Shown here in pieces: positions 27,164-41,000 of a stretch of 64,000 bases of DNA (positions are counted from its first letter, which is position 1; every line of letters begins with the position of its first letter). The position numbers and the translations under genes are program-made. The DNA is taken from the NCBI GenBank assembly GCA_051294905.1, contig CM119372.1, positions 7,070,001 to 7,134,000 on the forward strand, given 5' to 3'. A model generated the notes under the pieces. It did not search any database and was not told the origin of the DNA. It saw nothing but the letters and a program-made list of their open reading frames with translations. The DNA is from Botryllus schlosseri (taxonomy: Eukaryota).

Positions 27164-28598
27164 TTCTTACAATCACACGAATGTACGTGACGTACATCGA
27201 ATATCTATTTACTGTGGATACTTCTTACGCGATGACTAGCAAAGCTAATAGGCTACTTCTGACGTAATAATGAGCAATGGCATTTAAAAATCAGACGTTT
27301 GAACCTGGTATAATACATCTTCCTTGTTCACGAATGTTCAGTGTATGTCATAGTCCTTGTACAAATAAAAAGTAATCGTTCTTTCACAAAGAAATCGATT
27401 AGATATGGGAAGTAGTCGATTACGATTACGATTATTTCGGATTTTTCTCGAATGTAATCGATTGCGATTACGATTACTTGAAAATGCTGTAATCGTCGTA
27501 ATCGATTACGATTACTAAACGCGATTACCCCATGTCTGATTGTAGCGCAAAGTAATTTTTCAGTCTTTCTTTCATTATTAACGTGATGCATCACAAGATT
27601 ATGGGTGGCACAAATTCTGATTTTATTCGATTCGTTTGAACAGGGAACCTTCTACATTCCGATAAACTTGATGATTGCTGGATGTACTCGTATCGAGAAC
27701 AACATTATCCGAGTTCAGCCAAAATATCCGATATATGTAATACGCATATCGCGAGAATAATGTAATTTGAATATTTTCACCGCAATCTCAAACCATGACG
27801 CCAGACTATCACCACTTCTATCTTATTACATCTCATGCCTTCATGTATATATATTGAATAAAAATGCGCACCTATACAACCCCACCCCCACCCCCCACCC
27901 AAATGCCCCAAACACCCCTTCCAGCCACCATACAGAGAGCCCAAGACCACTCCGCCCCATAACCCAACCAACAGTTGAATCTAAACCTGAACCACCTCAA
28001 AGCTTAGAAAATCCCGAACAGAAAAACCCGGACCACGCCCTCTCCACTTGCTAAGTGAAAGAATGAGCGTCATCCTTTCAAAAATAGCACATCCACCCAT
28101 ACCCCACAAGACAACCCCCATCCCAAGATACGTATATCATTTATTGTAATATTGCACTTCTATACTTATGAAAATAAACCACTAAACCAGAACAACATTA
28201 TCGAATATTAAACTATCAGGCATAAGATAGACAGTGGATTTCTATTGGTAAGATCGCGGCATGCGTCCTAAAGTGGAATTAATTCTAGCCCAAGGGTGGC
28301 CAACCCGCGGCCGTAGAACGAAATTTGTGCGGCCGTCAACACGTAATTCAATTAGTATGCGTTGGCGGCCGTCGACATGCCGATTGAATTTACGAATTGA
28401 CCGATTCACTCCCGAAATGCTTCGCGAACTTGAATCGGGAAATGCACCAATGTTATAATCATCAAACAATTGCCGAGTTGGTGAACGCGAAGCAAGAAAC
28501 CGTAAGAGACAATTATTGATTGGCTGCGCAATTTCGCGTTTGTAATCATCATTATTGTCTACTTGAAGTTTCGAGTATTTGCGTGTACGTTCCCTTAC

Positions 28599-31317
28599 AT
28601 GTTGATCACTTGGCATTCGCCGCCGTTCTCGCAGGGAAGTGTTTCATTGCATAGGGTCATGTCAATTTCGCACAGGTCGCCGTCGAAGTTTGGCGGGCAA
28701 ACGCATCTGAACCTGGAAAGCAGTGTTGGACAAATCAAACATTTTCAAGTCTTTCCAAGTTGGCATTAGGGTTTTGAGTCATAACTACAATTTTCTTTCC
28801 AAACTTTGTTAGAATTACGATTAGGATTACTGCTACAGTGTTAACGAATTTAGATTAGAATTAGAGTTCCTGTTTTCCAAATTAGATTTGAATTAGAATT
28901 ACTGAATTAGCACCGACTTCGAATCGAAATTGAATTGAATTCAGAATTGCAAAGAAATAGGGCCAAGATCAAGATCACTTTATATCAAATCCTAGTTAAT
29001 TCGAATAAGCGCGAGAATGGCAAATGTCTGTACACCAATCCTGGTTCGTTTCGCACTATACAGTTCTCCCTGTATCATTTGATTGGACTTGAAATTAGAG
29101 CTTACAACCAGAACTGGACAACTTTTATAAATTAGATTCACAATGAAATTATACCTTAGTTTTTGATTAGAACAAATTCAGAATTATAATTAAGTTTTTT
29201 ATTCAGATTAAATTAGAATTAGAATTACTAATTCCCGAAAACTTGGGCATTAAATGAGTTGTTGTTCGTATCAAATCAGAGTCCTTTCTCATCAGCATGA
29301 GAATGGTTAGTGTCTGTCCGGCAAGCTTTGGCTCGTATCGCACTATACAGATATCCTGTAACATGTACAGGTAAATCAGATACTGGATTAGAACTAAAAT
29401 CGAACGAGCGATTGTCACTTACCCGCGATTGATCGTTATCAACACAAGTGCCGCCGTTGTGACATGGTTTCGACTTCTTGTCGCAAATCCTCCTCGCCAG
29501 ACACATATCATAACCCCTGAAAGAAAATTACCTAAATCGGTAGTGTTCAGGTATCACACCTGCAAGGAGAGAAAATCAATGGGGCTGTTCATCAACTTTT
29601 TTTCCAAATTTTACAGGCTACTAGATGAAATTGTAAGGCCGCCTTCAAAACCATGCACATCAATTTTGGATCACTTTCAACCGATTGAAACATTTATGAT
29701 AGAGAAAAAAGTTTTGACTTGTTAAATATAACAACATTTTATCCAATTTCACAAGCTACCCCAAGCGAAGTTATTGCAGCACCAAATTTCGGATTTGAAA
29801 AAATTGTATTTACGGTGGTGAATATTGCGATTATTCATTATATTACTACCCACCGTAAACACTACTTTTACCAACTAAAACTTTTTTACTGCAACAACTT
29901 GGCTTCCACTGGTTGGAATTGAGCCAAATTTTACATACACCGGTTTTGTAGACAATCTAACAATTCCTTGGAATAACCAGTAAAATTTGAAAAAAAAATC
30001 ATGTTCATTTTCATTCAATAAATGAAACTATTTTTTTATAGTAATCTTGCTAGAGGCTGGAATTGAGCCAGAATTGATATGCACCGTTTTTTCAGGCAAC
30101 CTAACAATTTTATGAGCAGCCAGTAAAATCTTGAAAAATATTTTTCGAACAGCTTTAATAATCAGCCAACTTACATGATCGAAAGACATTCCTCGAAATC
30201 GCTGCAGCTAACGGAGCAAGGTCGTACCATATGTCGTTGCGACAAATTTTCAATGGACGATACGTTGACGGACACATCGATATCCCGGACTGTTCCACGA
30301 TCCCATACAACACTGGATTCCTTGCATTTGCACACTGCTAACTTGGCACTGAAAAGACCAGTCACTGAAGCTGTATGGATCAGTTGTTCTCAGCCTCTCA
30401 AACTAGCTACCCATATTCTGGATCAATCTCCTCGTGGCAAAATTCGTCAATCTCGCACAGTTCGTCTCGGTATGAGACTGACTGGAACGTTTCTGCAACA
30501 TCCGAAAGTGATTTGGCTTCACCAACAACGGTTACGTTACCGTATTGTGATGCAGGAACACGTGCGATGCAAGCTGTAAAGAGCAGACACCGAGCTGTAA
30601 CGAGCGGACTGGACAACTAGAAAAACTTCAAGCCTTTCCAGATTGGAATTAGAATCCTAGCTAAAGACTTTACAAATTGTAGTATAATTATCTTTACTGA
30701 ATTCGCAAAAAGTTCAGATCAGAATCAATGAATTAGAGCATAGAAACATTTCACAAATGAAGACTAGAACAAGAATTAGAGCAACGAAACATTTCATAAA
30801 TTAGATCAAAAATGAATTACCGCCATTTCGCCTTAATTATTCTAATCGAACTAGATAATTCTAGATCGGTCTAGTTGTCCAAGGCTCCTTCCAGGAAATC
30901 CAAGAGACTAGCTCATGCAACCTCTAGAAGTCTAGATTTACCGGGAACACGGGTTGAGAACTACTGGCCTAGACGATGTCAATAAGAACCTGTACTGCAC
31001 AGTATATGCTGGATTACCTGATGCAGAGTAATGCGGGATAACATAAGGGTAAGCGCTAAAATGCAAGTTATTGGTTACTGAATAAATGAATGAATACTTA
31101 TAAACGTTCCTTGCGAAGTAAGCGCAACAGAGCACGAACAACAGCAACGATCTGAAATAAGCACACGCTTGTCGTTAAGACTGACAAGCATATCAGCATC
31201 AGTATATTAATAATTCCATCATTTTAAAACACCACAAGGTTGCGATACAATGAAAACGCTGGAAGACATCATTCATTAGCGTACAGATTTGGGAGACATT
31301 CACCTTACGGCGATCAT
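28599..31317 (-). pseudogene. 5' half (exons 1-6) of the inverted paralog of the EGF-ZP gene, disabled
   Basis: Reverse-complement match to exons and introns of 32036-36564. The exon-2 donor is mutated GT>AT (about 31101), there is a 1-bp insertion in exon 5 (about 29436), and Cys residues are lost (SCR>SYR, AGCD>VVWD). Confidence 0.85.
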
Positions 31318-32035
31318 TCCAACTTAGTCCTCCGTACCAAACAAACGTACTGCGTAACGCAAGAAATCAATGCGGAATGGCGTCTCTGGTCTATCGAAGT
31401 GGACTTACTTTGCGAAGACTAACGGTAATGATTACTTGCGATTACATTGTGCGGTTCCAAGACGATTCTGTAATCTTGAAGTCAGGATTACGCTCTGTTA
31501 TTATGGATGTGGTACTCGTTAACGTTTGTTTTGTACCGTTACTACCGTATCTTGCCCGTCTACTAGTTGTTTGTTTTTGTTATTATTACGTCATACAGAC
31601 AAAATAGTTCTTAGATTTCGAATTTGATTCACCCTATCGCTGACGTTTGCTATTGATGAGAGTCAGTCGAAAGGCTTTTAGCGAATAAATTAACAATATG
31701 AAGTTATTGTTTCGCGATATTAATTTTACATACCACACCAATATCTTTTTGTCATAACAATGGCAAAACAGTTTGCATCCTCACATCGTCCTCTCAATAC
31801 TGAGCAGTTAGCTGAAAGCAGCACCCGCATACAAATCCCATCCCATCCATGACAACAGAGCGTAATCCTGACTTCAAGATTACAGAATCGTCTTGGAACC
31901 GCATAGTGTAATCGCAAGTAATCATTACCGTTAGTCTTCGCAAAGTAAATCCACTTCGATAGACCAGAGACGCCATTCCGCATTGATTTCTTGTGTTGCG
32001 CAGTACGTTTGTTTGGTACGGAGGACTAAGTTGGA

Positions 32036-35000
32036 ATGATCGCCGTAAGGTGAATGTCTCCCAAATCTGTACGCTAATGAATGATGTCTTCCAGCGTTTT
32101 CATTGTATCGCAACCTTGTGGTGTTTTAAAATGATGGAATTATTAATATACTGATGCTGATAGGCGTGTCAGTCTTAACGACAAGCGTGTGTTTATTTCA
32201 GATCGTTGCTGTTGTTCGTGCTCTGTTGCGCTTACTTCACAAGGAACGTTTGTAAGTATTTATTCAGTAACCAATAACTTGCATTTTAGCACTTGCCCTT
32301 ATGTTATCTCGTATAACTCCGCATCAGGCAATCCAGCATATACTGTGCAGTTCAGGTTTTTATTGACGTCGTCTACGTCTAGGCCAGTAGTTCTCAACCA
32401 GTGTTCCCGGTAAATCCGGAGGTTGCATGAGCTAGTCTCTTGGATTTCCTGGAAGGAGCCTTGGACAACTAGACCGATCTAGAATTATCTAGTCCGATTA
32501 GAATAATTAGGGCGAAATGGCGGTAATTCATTTTTGATCTAATTTATGAAATGTTTCGTTGCTCTAATTCTTGTTCTAGTCTTCATTTGTGAAATGTTTC
32601 TATGCTCTAATCTAATTCATTGATTCTGATCTGAACTTTTTGCGAATTCAGTAAATATAATTATACTCTAATTTGTAAAATCTTTAGCTATGATTCTAAT
32701 TCCAATCTGGGGAGGCTTGAAGTTTTTCTAGTTGTCCAGTCCGCTCGTTACAGCTCGCTGTCCGAGCGAGATAGTGTAATGGTTATGCGTCCGGCTTTTC
32801 GAGCGGTAGTTCGTGGGTTCGATCCCCGGCCAGGTCATACCAAAGACTCGAAAATTGGTATAATTATACTCCTAATTTGTAAAATCATTAGCTATGATTG
32901 TAATTCCAATCTGGGAAGGCTTGAAGTTTTTCTAGTTGTCCAGTCCGCTCGTTACAGCTCGCTGTCCGAGCGAGATAGTGTAATGGTTATGCGTCCGGCT
33001 TCTCGAGCCGTGGTAGCCGAGGTAGGTCGTGGGTTCGATCCCCGGCCGGGTCATACCAAAGACTCGAAAATTGGTATCCGCAGCTATCCTGCTAGGCGCT
33101 CAGCAATCACGGATAGCATGGAGGAGAAAAAAAAACGGGGGCGCAGACTAGATGACCTCATGGGGCCGTATCGCAACTCCGTCGTCAAAACATCTCGATG
33201 GTGCAGGCGAAAAAGAATATCATATCTCTCTCTCTCTCTGTCTGCTATTTACAGCTTGCATCGCACGTGTTCCTGCATCACAATACGGTAACGTAACCGT
33301 TGTTGGTGAAGCCAAATCACTTTCGGATGTTGCAGAAACGTTCCAGTCGGTCTCATGCCGAGACGAGCTGTGCGAGATTGACGAATTTTGCCACGAGGAG
33401 ATTGATCCAGAATCTGGGTAGCTAGTTTGAGAGGCTGAGAACAACTGATCCATACAGCTTCAGGGACTGGTCTTTTCAGTGCCAAGTTAGCGGTGTGCAA
33501 ATGCAAGGAATCCAGTGCTGGGTGTGATCGTGGAACAGTCAGGGATATTGATGTGTCCGTCAACGTATCGTCCATTGAAAATTTGTCGCAACGACAGATG
33601 GTACGACCTTGCTCCATTAGCTGCAGCGACTTCGAGGAATGTCTTTCGATCATGTAAGTTGGCTGATTACTAAAGCTGTTCGAAATTTTTTTTTCAAGAT
33701 TTTACTGGCTGCTCATAAAATGGTTAGGTTGCCTGAGAAAACGGTGCATATAAATTCTGGCTCAATTCCAGCCTCTAACAAGATTGCTATAAAAGAATAT
33801 AGTTTCATTTATTGAATGAAAATGAACATGATATTTTTCAAATTTTACTGGTTATTCCAAGGGATTGTTAAGATTGTCTACAAAAACGGTGTGTGTAAAA
33901 TTTGGCTCAATTCCAACCAGTGGAAGCCAAGTTGTGGCAGTAAAAAAATTTTAACTGGTAAAAGTAGTGTTTACGGTGGGTAGTGGTATAATGAATAATC
34001 GCAATATTCGCCACCGTAAATACAATTTTTTCAAATCCGAAATTTGGTGCTGCAATAACTTCGCTTGGGGTAGCTTGTAAAATTGGATAAAATGTTGTTA
34101 TATTTAACAAGTCAAAACTTTTTTCTCTATCATAAATGTTTCAATCGGTTGAAATTGATCCAAAATTGATGTGCATGGTTTTCTAGGCGGCCTTACAATT
34201 TCATCTAGTAGCCTGTAAAATTTGGAAAAAAAAGTTGATGAACAGCCCCATTGATTTTCTCTCCTTGTACGTGTGATACCTGAACACTACCGATTTAGTT
34301 GATTTTCTTTCAGGGGTTATGATATGTGTTTGGCGAGGAGGATTTGCGACAAGGAGTCGAAACCATGTCACAACGGCGGCACTTGTGTTGATACGATCAA
34401 TCGCGGGTAAGTGACAATCGCTGGTTCGATTTTAGTTCTAATCCAGTATCTGATTTACCTGTACATGTTGCAGGATATCTGTATAGTGCGGTACGAGCCA
34501 AGCTTGCCGGACAGACACCAACCATTCTCATGCTGATGAGAATGGACTCTGATTCGATAGAACAACAACTCATTCAATGCCCAAGTTTTCGGGAATTCGT
34601 AATTATAATTATAATCTAATCTGAGTAAAAAACTTGGCTATAATTCTGAATTTATTCTAATCAAAAACTAAGGTATAATTTCATTGTGAATCTAATTTGG
34701 AAAAGTTGTCTAGTTCTGGTTGTAAGCTCTAATTTCAAGTCCAACCAAATGATACAGTGAGAACTGTATAGTGCAAAACGAACCAGGATTGGTGTACAGA
34801 CGTTTGCCATTCTCGCGCTTATTGGAATTAACCATGATTTGATATAAAGGTATCTTGATCTTGGCCCTATTTCTTTGCAATTCTGAATTCAATTCAATCT
34901 CGATTCGAATTCGTTGCTAATTCAGAAATTCTAATCTAATTGAAAACAATTGCAGCTACAATCGGAACTGAAGGTGATCTGTATAGCAGTTTTGGGATCA

Positions 35001-38000
35001 AGTCACTGCCTTCGAGTCATTGCATATTTGACTCGACTCAAGTCAAGTTAATCTCTTTTCGAGAGTGACTCAAGTCAAGTCAAGTCACTTGACTCGACTC
35101 AAGTCAAGTTAATCTCTTTTCAAGAGTGACTCAAGTCAAGTCAAGTCACTCGATTTTTGGAGGTGACTCGAGTCAAGTCAAGTCACAATTGAAGTCGGGT
35201 TGCCTTTTCGAAGTATGGGGCATGATAACGTTATTGCATTTTGCTAGCTGTCTGAAATACAGATTAAGTGGTCATTCATTTTGAACTGATGAACGAATAT
35301 AGAGTTGAATATAAACGCAATAAGGAGCTGTATCGCTCACATATACCAATACGTAGAACTGCTAAACCACAGTTTATAGTTACCAGCCAAATTAGAGAAT
35401 AGATACGAATTGATAGATGCAATTCACATTACCAATTTACCAATCGATATTATACAATTCGAGCCTGCGCCAATGGTTTAGGACTGTAAAACTATATTCG
35501 AATTCAATTTCAATAAAACAAGAGCTTTGGTTAAGGAAAAACAGATTAATTACTTTATTATACTAGGTTACGACAACGTAAGCAGTAAGCTTCGATCACT
35601 TCATTTGCGGTCAATTTATTTTTGAGGGAACAATGGAGACTCAGTAAAACGCATGATCATTAAATGATTAGTCGCTTTCACGGTTACACCAGCGTTTCGG
35701 AACTATCCGAACATATGCAAGATTCAGTGATTTTTATCGGCACTGGTTACTTGATGACTTGAAATTGACTCGTGAATTTTGCTCCGAATCACGAGTCAAT
35801 CTATATTTCTGATACGTCGAGTCAAGTCAAGTCATTTTAGCAAAGTGACTCGAGTCGAGTCAAGTCACTCAAAAAAAGGTAACTCGAGTCTGACTTGAGT
35901 CAAGTCATCCCAACACTGCTGTATAGTGCTAAACGAGCCAAGCTTGGTGTGCATACATTTGTTATTCCTTATTCCCGTGCTTATGAGCATGAACTATGGT
36001 TTGATATCAACTGAACTTGATTGTTTTATTTCTTTATAGAGTTTGTATCGAAATCGATTTCCAAGTTGTTGCGAATTCAAAAGTTCTAATTGTAATCTAA
36101 TTCGGAAGAAAACCAGTAGAATTCGAAATCAAATTCTAAACCCATTTTTCAAAACACCGTAGCTGTAGTTCGGATACGAATTCTAAGCTGATTCGGAAAA
36201 ATCGTAGCTAAAATTTTAATTCTTGTGTACTAATTTGGTCAAAACTTGTTAGCTGTAATTTTGATTCTAATTCAAATCTAATTTGGAAAACACTAACTTT
36301 AATTCTAATCTAAATTCGGAAACACTCTAGCAGTAATCCTAATTGTAATTCTAACATAGTTTGGAGAGAAAATTGTAGTTATGACCCAAAACCTTAATAC
36401 CAATATGGAAAGACTTGAAAATGTTTGATTTGTTCAACACTGCTTTCCAGGTCCAGATGCGTTTGCCCGCCAAACTTCAATGGCGACCTATGCGAAATTA
36501 ACATGACCGTATGCAATGAGATGCTTCCCTGCAAGAACGGCGGCGAATGCCAAGTTATCAACATGTAAGGGAACGTATACGCGAATACTCAAAACGACTT
36601 AGGATAGTTGACAATCTAGAAATTTAATGGGTTAGCCAGTAAAGTTTAACGTGAAATTGAATTTTTTAATATATGCGATAAGATATTTTCAAACTAAGGT
36701 GCAATCATTTTCCCCATTGGCCAAATGGGAAGCAGAATATACGTTGACGACCGAGTCAAAAATTTGGAATATTTTCTCCGTATTAATTTTGTCTCCAAGT
36801 TGGAAGCAGTTAATTGAATTGCTGCTAAATAGATGTACGGCGTACGCGCAATGAAAAAGTGAGTGGTAATTGTCAAAAAATAATATTTATTATTATGAAG
36901 ACTTTTATTATTTCGAAGCGAATTTTGCAGCTGAATTTATTGTCTTGAAAATCCGCGTCTTCGATTTGATATGAACGGCGACAGTTTTTGGTGTGAGTTT
37001 TTGATGAACATGTCACGCCCAGCCTAGTCATTCTATATTGCATCTCATCTTGAAGTTATTTAGTGGTTATATTACAGGATAAAATGGATTTCGTGGTGTG
37101 GTTTCAATTCCTTCATTGGGACAGATCAGGAGAAACATTCAAGAATTTCTATTTCAAACGACTGTTTACTAATTTGCTGATACTGACAACTCCAAATCCC
37201 AAATGCTTTGCAAACATTTCGAGGTCACCCTGCTTGAACTTGTTATCTCCAACATTTCATTTTTCCACAATCCCTAGTAAAATATCGGCATGCTATTGGC
37301 AATTTCACAATTGAAACGAGTTTGCAAAGTTTGATATTCCATATCAGACCGCAATTTTGATGTGAGCCGTTATGTTTTAACAATGATGAAGCGAAAGTGT
37401 CTCCTGCTTTCTGTAATTAAAGAAATGCAAATTAGGTCATTTATTTTACAAATTTATAGGTTTCGCGGACCCCCGGTTGAGAACCACTGTCCTATACGAT
37501 ATTCCTTAGTAAAACATGTTTCTGGCATTATTAAATTAGTCTATTGCCTCGGAGCGTGGTTTGAAAATGTAATTTTAGGCTTTTCAAACCGCCAGCACTA
37601 TGTTTTTCAAGCTCCTTTATTGAAATTCCCATGAACTGTGACGTCACATTGATCCATCAACAATTCATAATAGTTGGCTGTTAGCAACAATCATCTTCTC
37701 AGTCTCAGCTAGTCAGTATTGGCTACAGCAGGGCCGGCCAACCCGTGGCCCGCGGGCTAAATGTGGCCCGCGAGATAATTTACAAAATTAGTAATGTTAT
37801 CAAAAATCGATTGCCCAGATTGTGAACTTGCAAGGCCTACCAAAATTTTCATTAGTCTGGCCGCAACACTTCGGATTTGATGACTAACATATCAGTTCCG
37901 TCGCGTTGGCAGATCCATGGGCCAGTTGCATTTTGGTAGATCTTCGTACATTACAATGAAGCAGTATATTCTGCGGTAGATTTATCTGAAGTAAAAATTT

Positions 38001-41000
38001 TCTTCATGCTTCCCGATGTCATTCGATTTCTTTCTTTTAATATATTGTTACATCCCCCCCCTGAAGATGAGAGAACGTCTAATGTACCAGATCGAATGTA
38101 ACTATATTCGAAGTTGCGAGAGAAAGTGTCATGTTCAACATGCGACCTTACGTTTGCGCTCGCAGAAAGAACGTCGAATATGAAAAAAATTTTGCGCCTG
38201 GCGCGGCTAGTGGCTCGCGCGCTGGTTTGTCAATTGCATTTGGCCCTTTGACCAAAAAGGTTGGCCACCTCTGGGCTGCAGCAAGCAATCTTAAATTCCT
38301 TTTCGCTTTGTTCTGATCGTGGGTCTAGTGAGTATATTCTCATAATTGATGTCTACATCACAAATGTAATCTCTATGCTGGCTGATTTGTTCTGTGGCTG
38401 GCTTGTTCTGTGGGTCTGTATATCAGTTGAAACAAGCTGAGCACAAAATATAAATAGGACTTGTTAATTTTACTTTAGCATGAAGATCTGGGACAAAGAT
38501 AAAAACTGCATGGCATTTCATGTCATCTGCGATGAAATATGGATGCATGGCTAAGGATAGATCGGCATTCAATGTCATTTGCTATTAAAGAAGCTAAATG
38601 GAAATTCGGAACCTTATAGATGACTGTCATTTCTGTATGGGTGACATTCCAAGGTTAGAAATAACTAAAAATGACTTAACATTGCATATCCTTCTATGTC
38701 ATCTACTCTTAAGCACCTGTTCCGTATTGTAGTAAGTTTTCACTGCCCAAACAAACTATCGGTCAAAAAAGCTCAAAGAATCGACAGGGCTTGAAGATAA
38801 TAAAAATGAGTCCAATGACGACTTCAACATCTCCCATATAGATATAAATCCAAAACCACACATTCATAACCAACACGAACTTGATGATTTAGTCGGGACT
38901 CATTGAATCAAATGCGGAAATTCTGACTCCAAGGTTGAAAGTAGGGAACGATGTCCATCGTCGAGAAAAAGGCATGAACGATTTTCACTTATTCCGTAAT
39001 ACCAGGTGATTTCTCAGTCTATAGACCCAAATCATGCAAGGCGCTACCGAGGCGATATTTGTGCATATTCCTTCGTTTTGTGAGTGGATTTGTATGTCCA
39101 ATAAGGAATTACGCGTATTATTACTATGCGTATTATTACATGTGAATTTTGAGTGTAATGTGAAATCACAAAAAGTGACATTTTTCAAAGACATGATACA
39201 TGAAAATTTTTACTCGAATAAAATTTTGTGTAAAAATTTTCATGTATCAATTATGGTGTTCTTTTTGGTCCATAATAAGATTTCTCATTTCGCAGACGCA
39301 AGTCACGCAAACAGAACCACTTCTGACGATTTTTCAAGTGTTGCTTTGTTACTTGATGCTTGTTCATATTAACCTTTTCATAAGCGATTTTTTACCTCCA
39401 ATAATGAATTATTGTGATTAATGAGGAGCAATGATAACTAAAATTGAAAATTAGAGAAATTGACATTACTTGTAAATTTGGGACACTTCAGTCAAAATTT
39501 TGCTACTTTGGTATTTGGTTTGGAATACTAAAACACAAACATGAAAAGCTAAAACTTATTGCAAAATTTTGTTACATGGTGTTATTCGCGTTCAGTGGAA
39601 CCTGTGTTGTGGTAAAGGGTATTATGATATCAACAAACTTTTCTGAAACATCGTTATTAGCACATCGATTTGTAAAACTGAATTAACATTTCCAAAATAT
39701 TCTTGATTGGAAATTAATCCATTTGTCACGATCGCAACAATGTGTCACAGAACGGTATAATGTACTCGCCAACTAATATTTTACAAATCAATCGTTTTCA
39801 ATAACCAAGACTGAAGATACAATAACAATTTCGGTATTGATACATTCAACAACCGGTACAACACTTTATTGTTGGGATCTGCGACAAGGAATTGGAACAC
39901 ATACACACGCACATAACGGTTTTGTTTATTTGAATCCTGAAAATTACCGGCTATGATAATGTTTTCTGTGGGACTAACACATTGCGTGCAATGTCATACA
40001 CCTCATTTACGCGAAAACTTGGTATGGGTGACACTGAACAATCGTGAAGTACTTGATGTGTGGATGGTGTATGCATTGATATTTTTTTCATGGAAACGAA
40101 AAACACGGGTTGTAACATATTTATTTGAATATTGGTTGTTGGTTTATCGATTCAGAGTGAATATCCTGATCCGGTCACATCTTTCTCATGGTCATCCGAT
40201 TTCAAACTGAATGAGGTGATGTGATATGCATTTAACAATAACGATTAACACAATAAAGTAAACATACATATGCGTGAGTAAGAAAACTCGCAAACATACA
40301 ACCCGGAATTGTTAGCATGATGGGAAGAACGAATTCATCCATTTTCAGAAGATCGTCACCGTTACCAATGTACCAACCAGTTACCAAAGTCGTAATCGCG
40401 GCATATGAAAAAACAGGCTTCAGCGAACGAATGTCCGCTGCAGTTAATACAGCCTATATGATTTTAGTCCACGGATTAATATTCCAAACCAACATCCAGC
40501 TTAACATCTAGCCGTTGAAATTGAGCCAAATTTGCTGTGCAGCGGTTTTTTAGAGACGACTTAAATTTAGCTAATAAGCCTCGAAAATTTGGAAAAAGTT
40601 ACTTCTCCAATAACCCTAATATATACCCACTTGTTTTGCAGGAAGTCAATATGTAACTGTAGTGAAGGGTTCACCCAGCCGATATGCGAGAAGAAAGACA
40701 GAAAAGACTATTGCAAATTGAAACCGTGTAAGGCCGGGACCTGTCATAACGGCACCAGGTGGCGAAAAATTTGACAGCTGTATCTTTTCCGTTGGTGTGC
40801 ATTGCACAAAATTGTTGATCGTGCAGCTGCTGCGAACTTTAGCTGCTAGAAAATTCTACTTGTCCAATTAGACTAATTATGAGAGAACTGCCTGTAATGT
40901 AATTCTAATCTAGTTTGTGAAATTTTTCTATGCTCATCCTAATTCTACTTTCTGTTTTCCTGTACATGCTACAGAAGAACTGTACAGTGCGAAACGAGCC

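Larger units (their letters stand above)
11230..27538. mobile_element. Non-autonomous hAT-like element, copy B (about 2.2 kb without inserts), hosting two nested elements
   Basis: TIR CAGACATGGGGT...ACCCCATGTCTG with a perfect 8-bp TSD ATTGTAGC (11222-11229 and 27539-27546). Confidence 0.9.

Noticed and set aside
32760..33050. Two tRNA genes
   Set aside because: A and B boxes are present but I see no complete cloverleaf, and they continue into a SINE body and tail.
30175..33653. 134-aa ORFs MIERHSSK... (30175-30579 + and 33249-33653 -)
   Set aside because: They are antisense shadows of exons 3-4 of the EGF-ZP gene and its copy.
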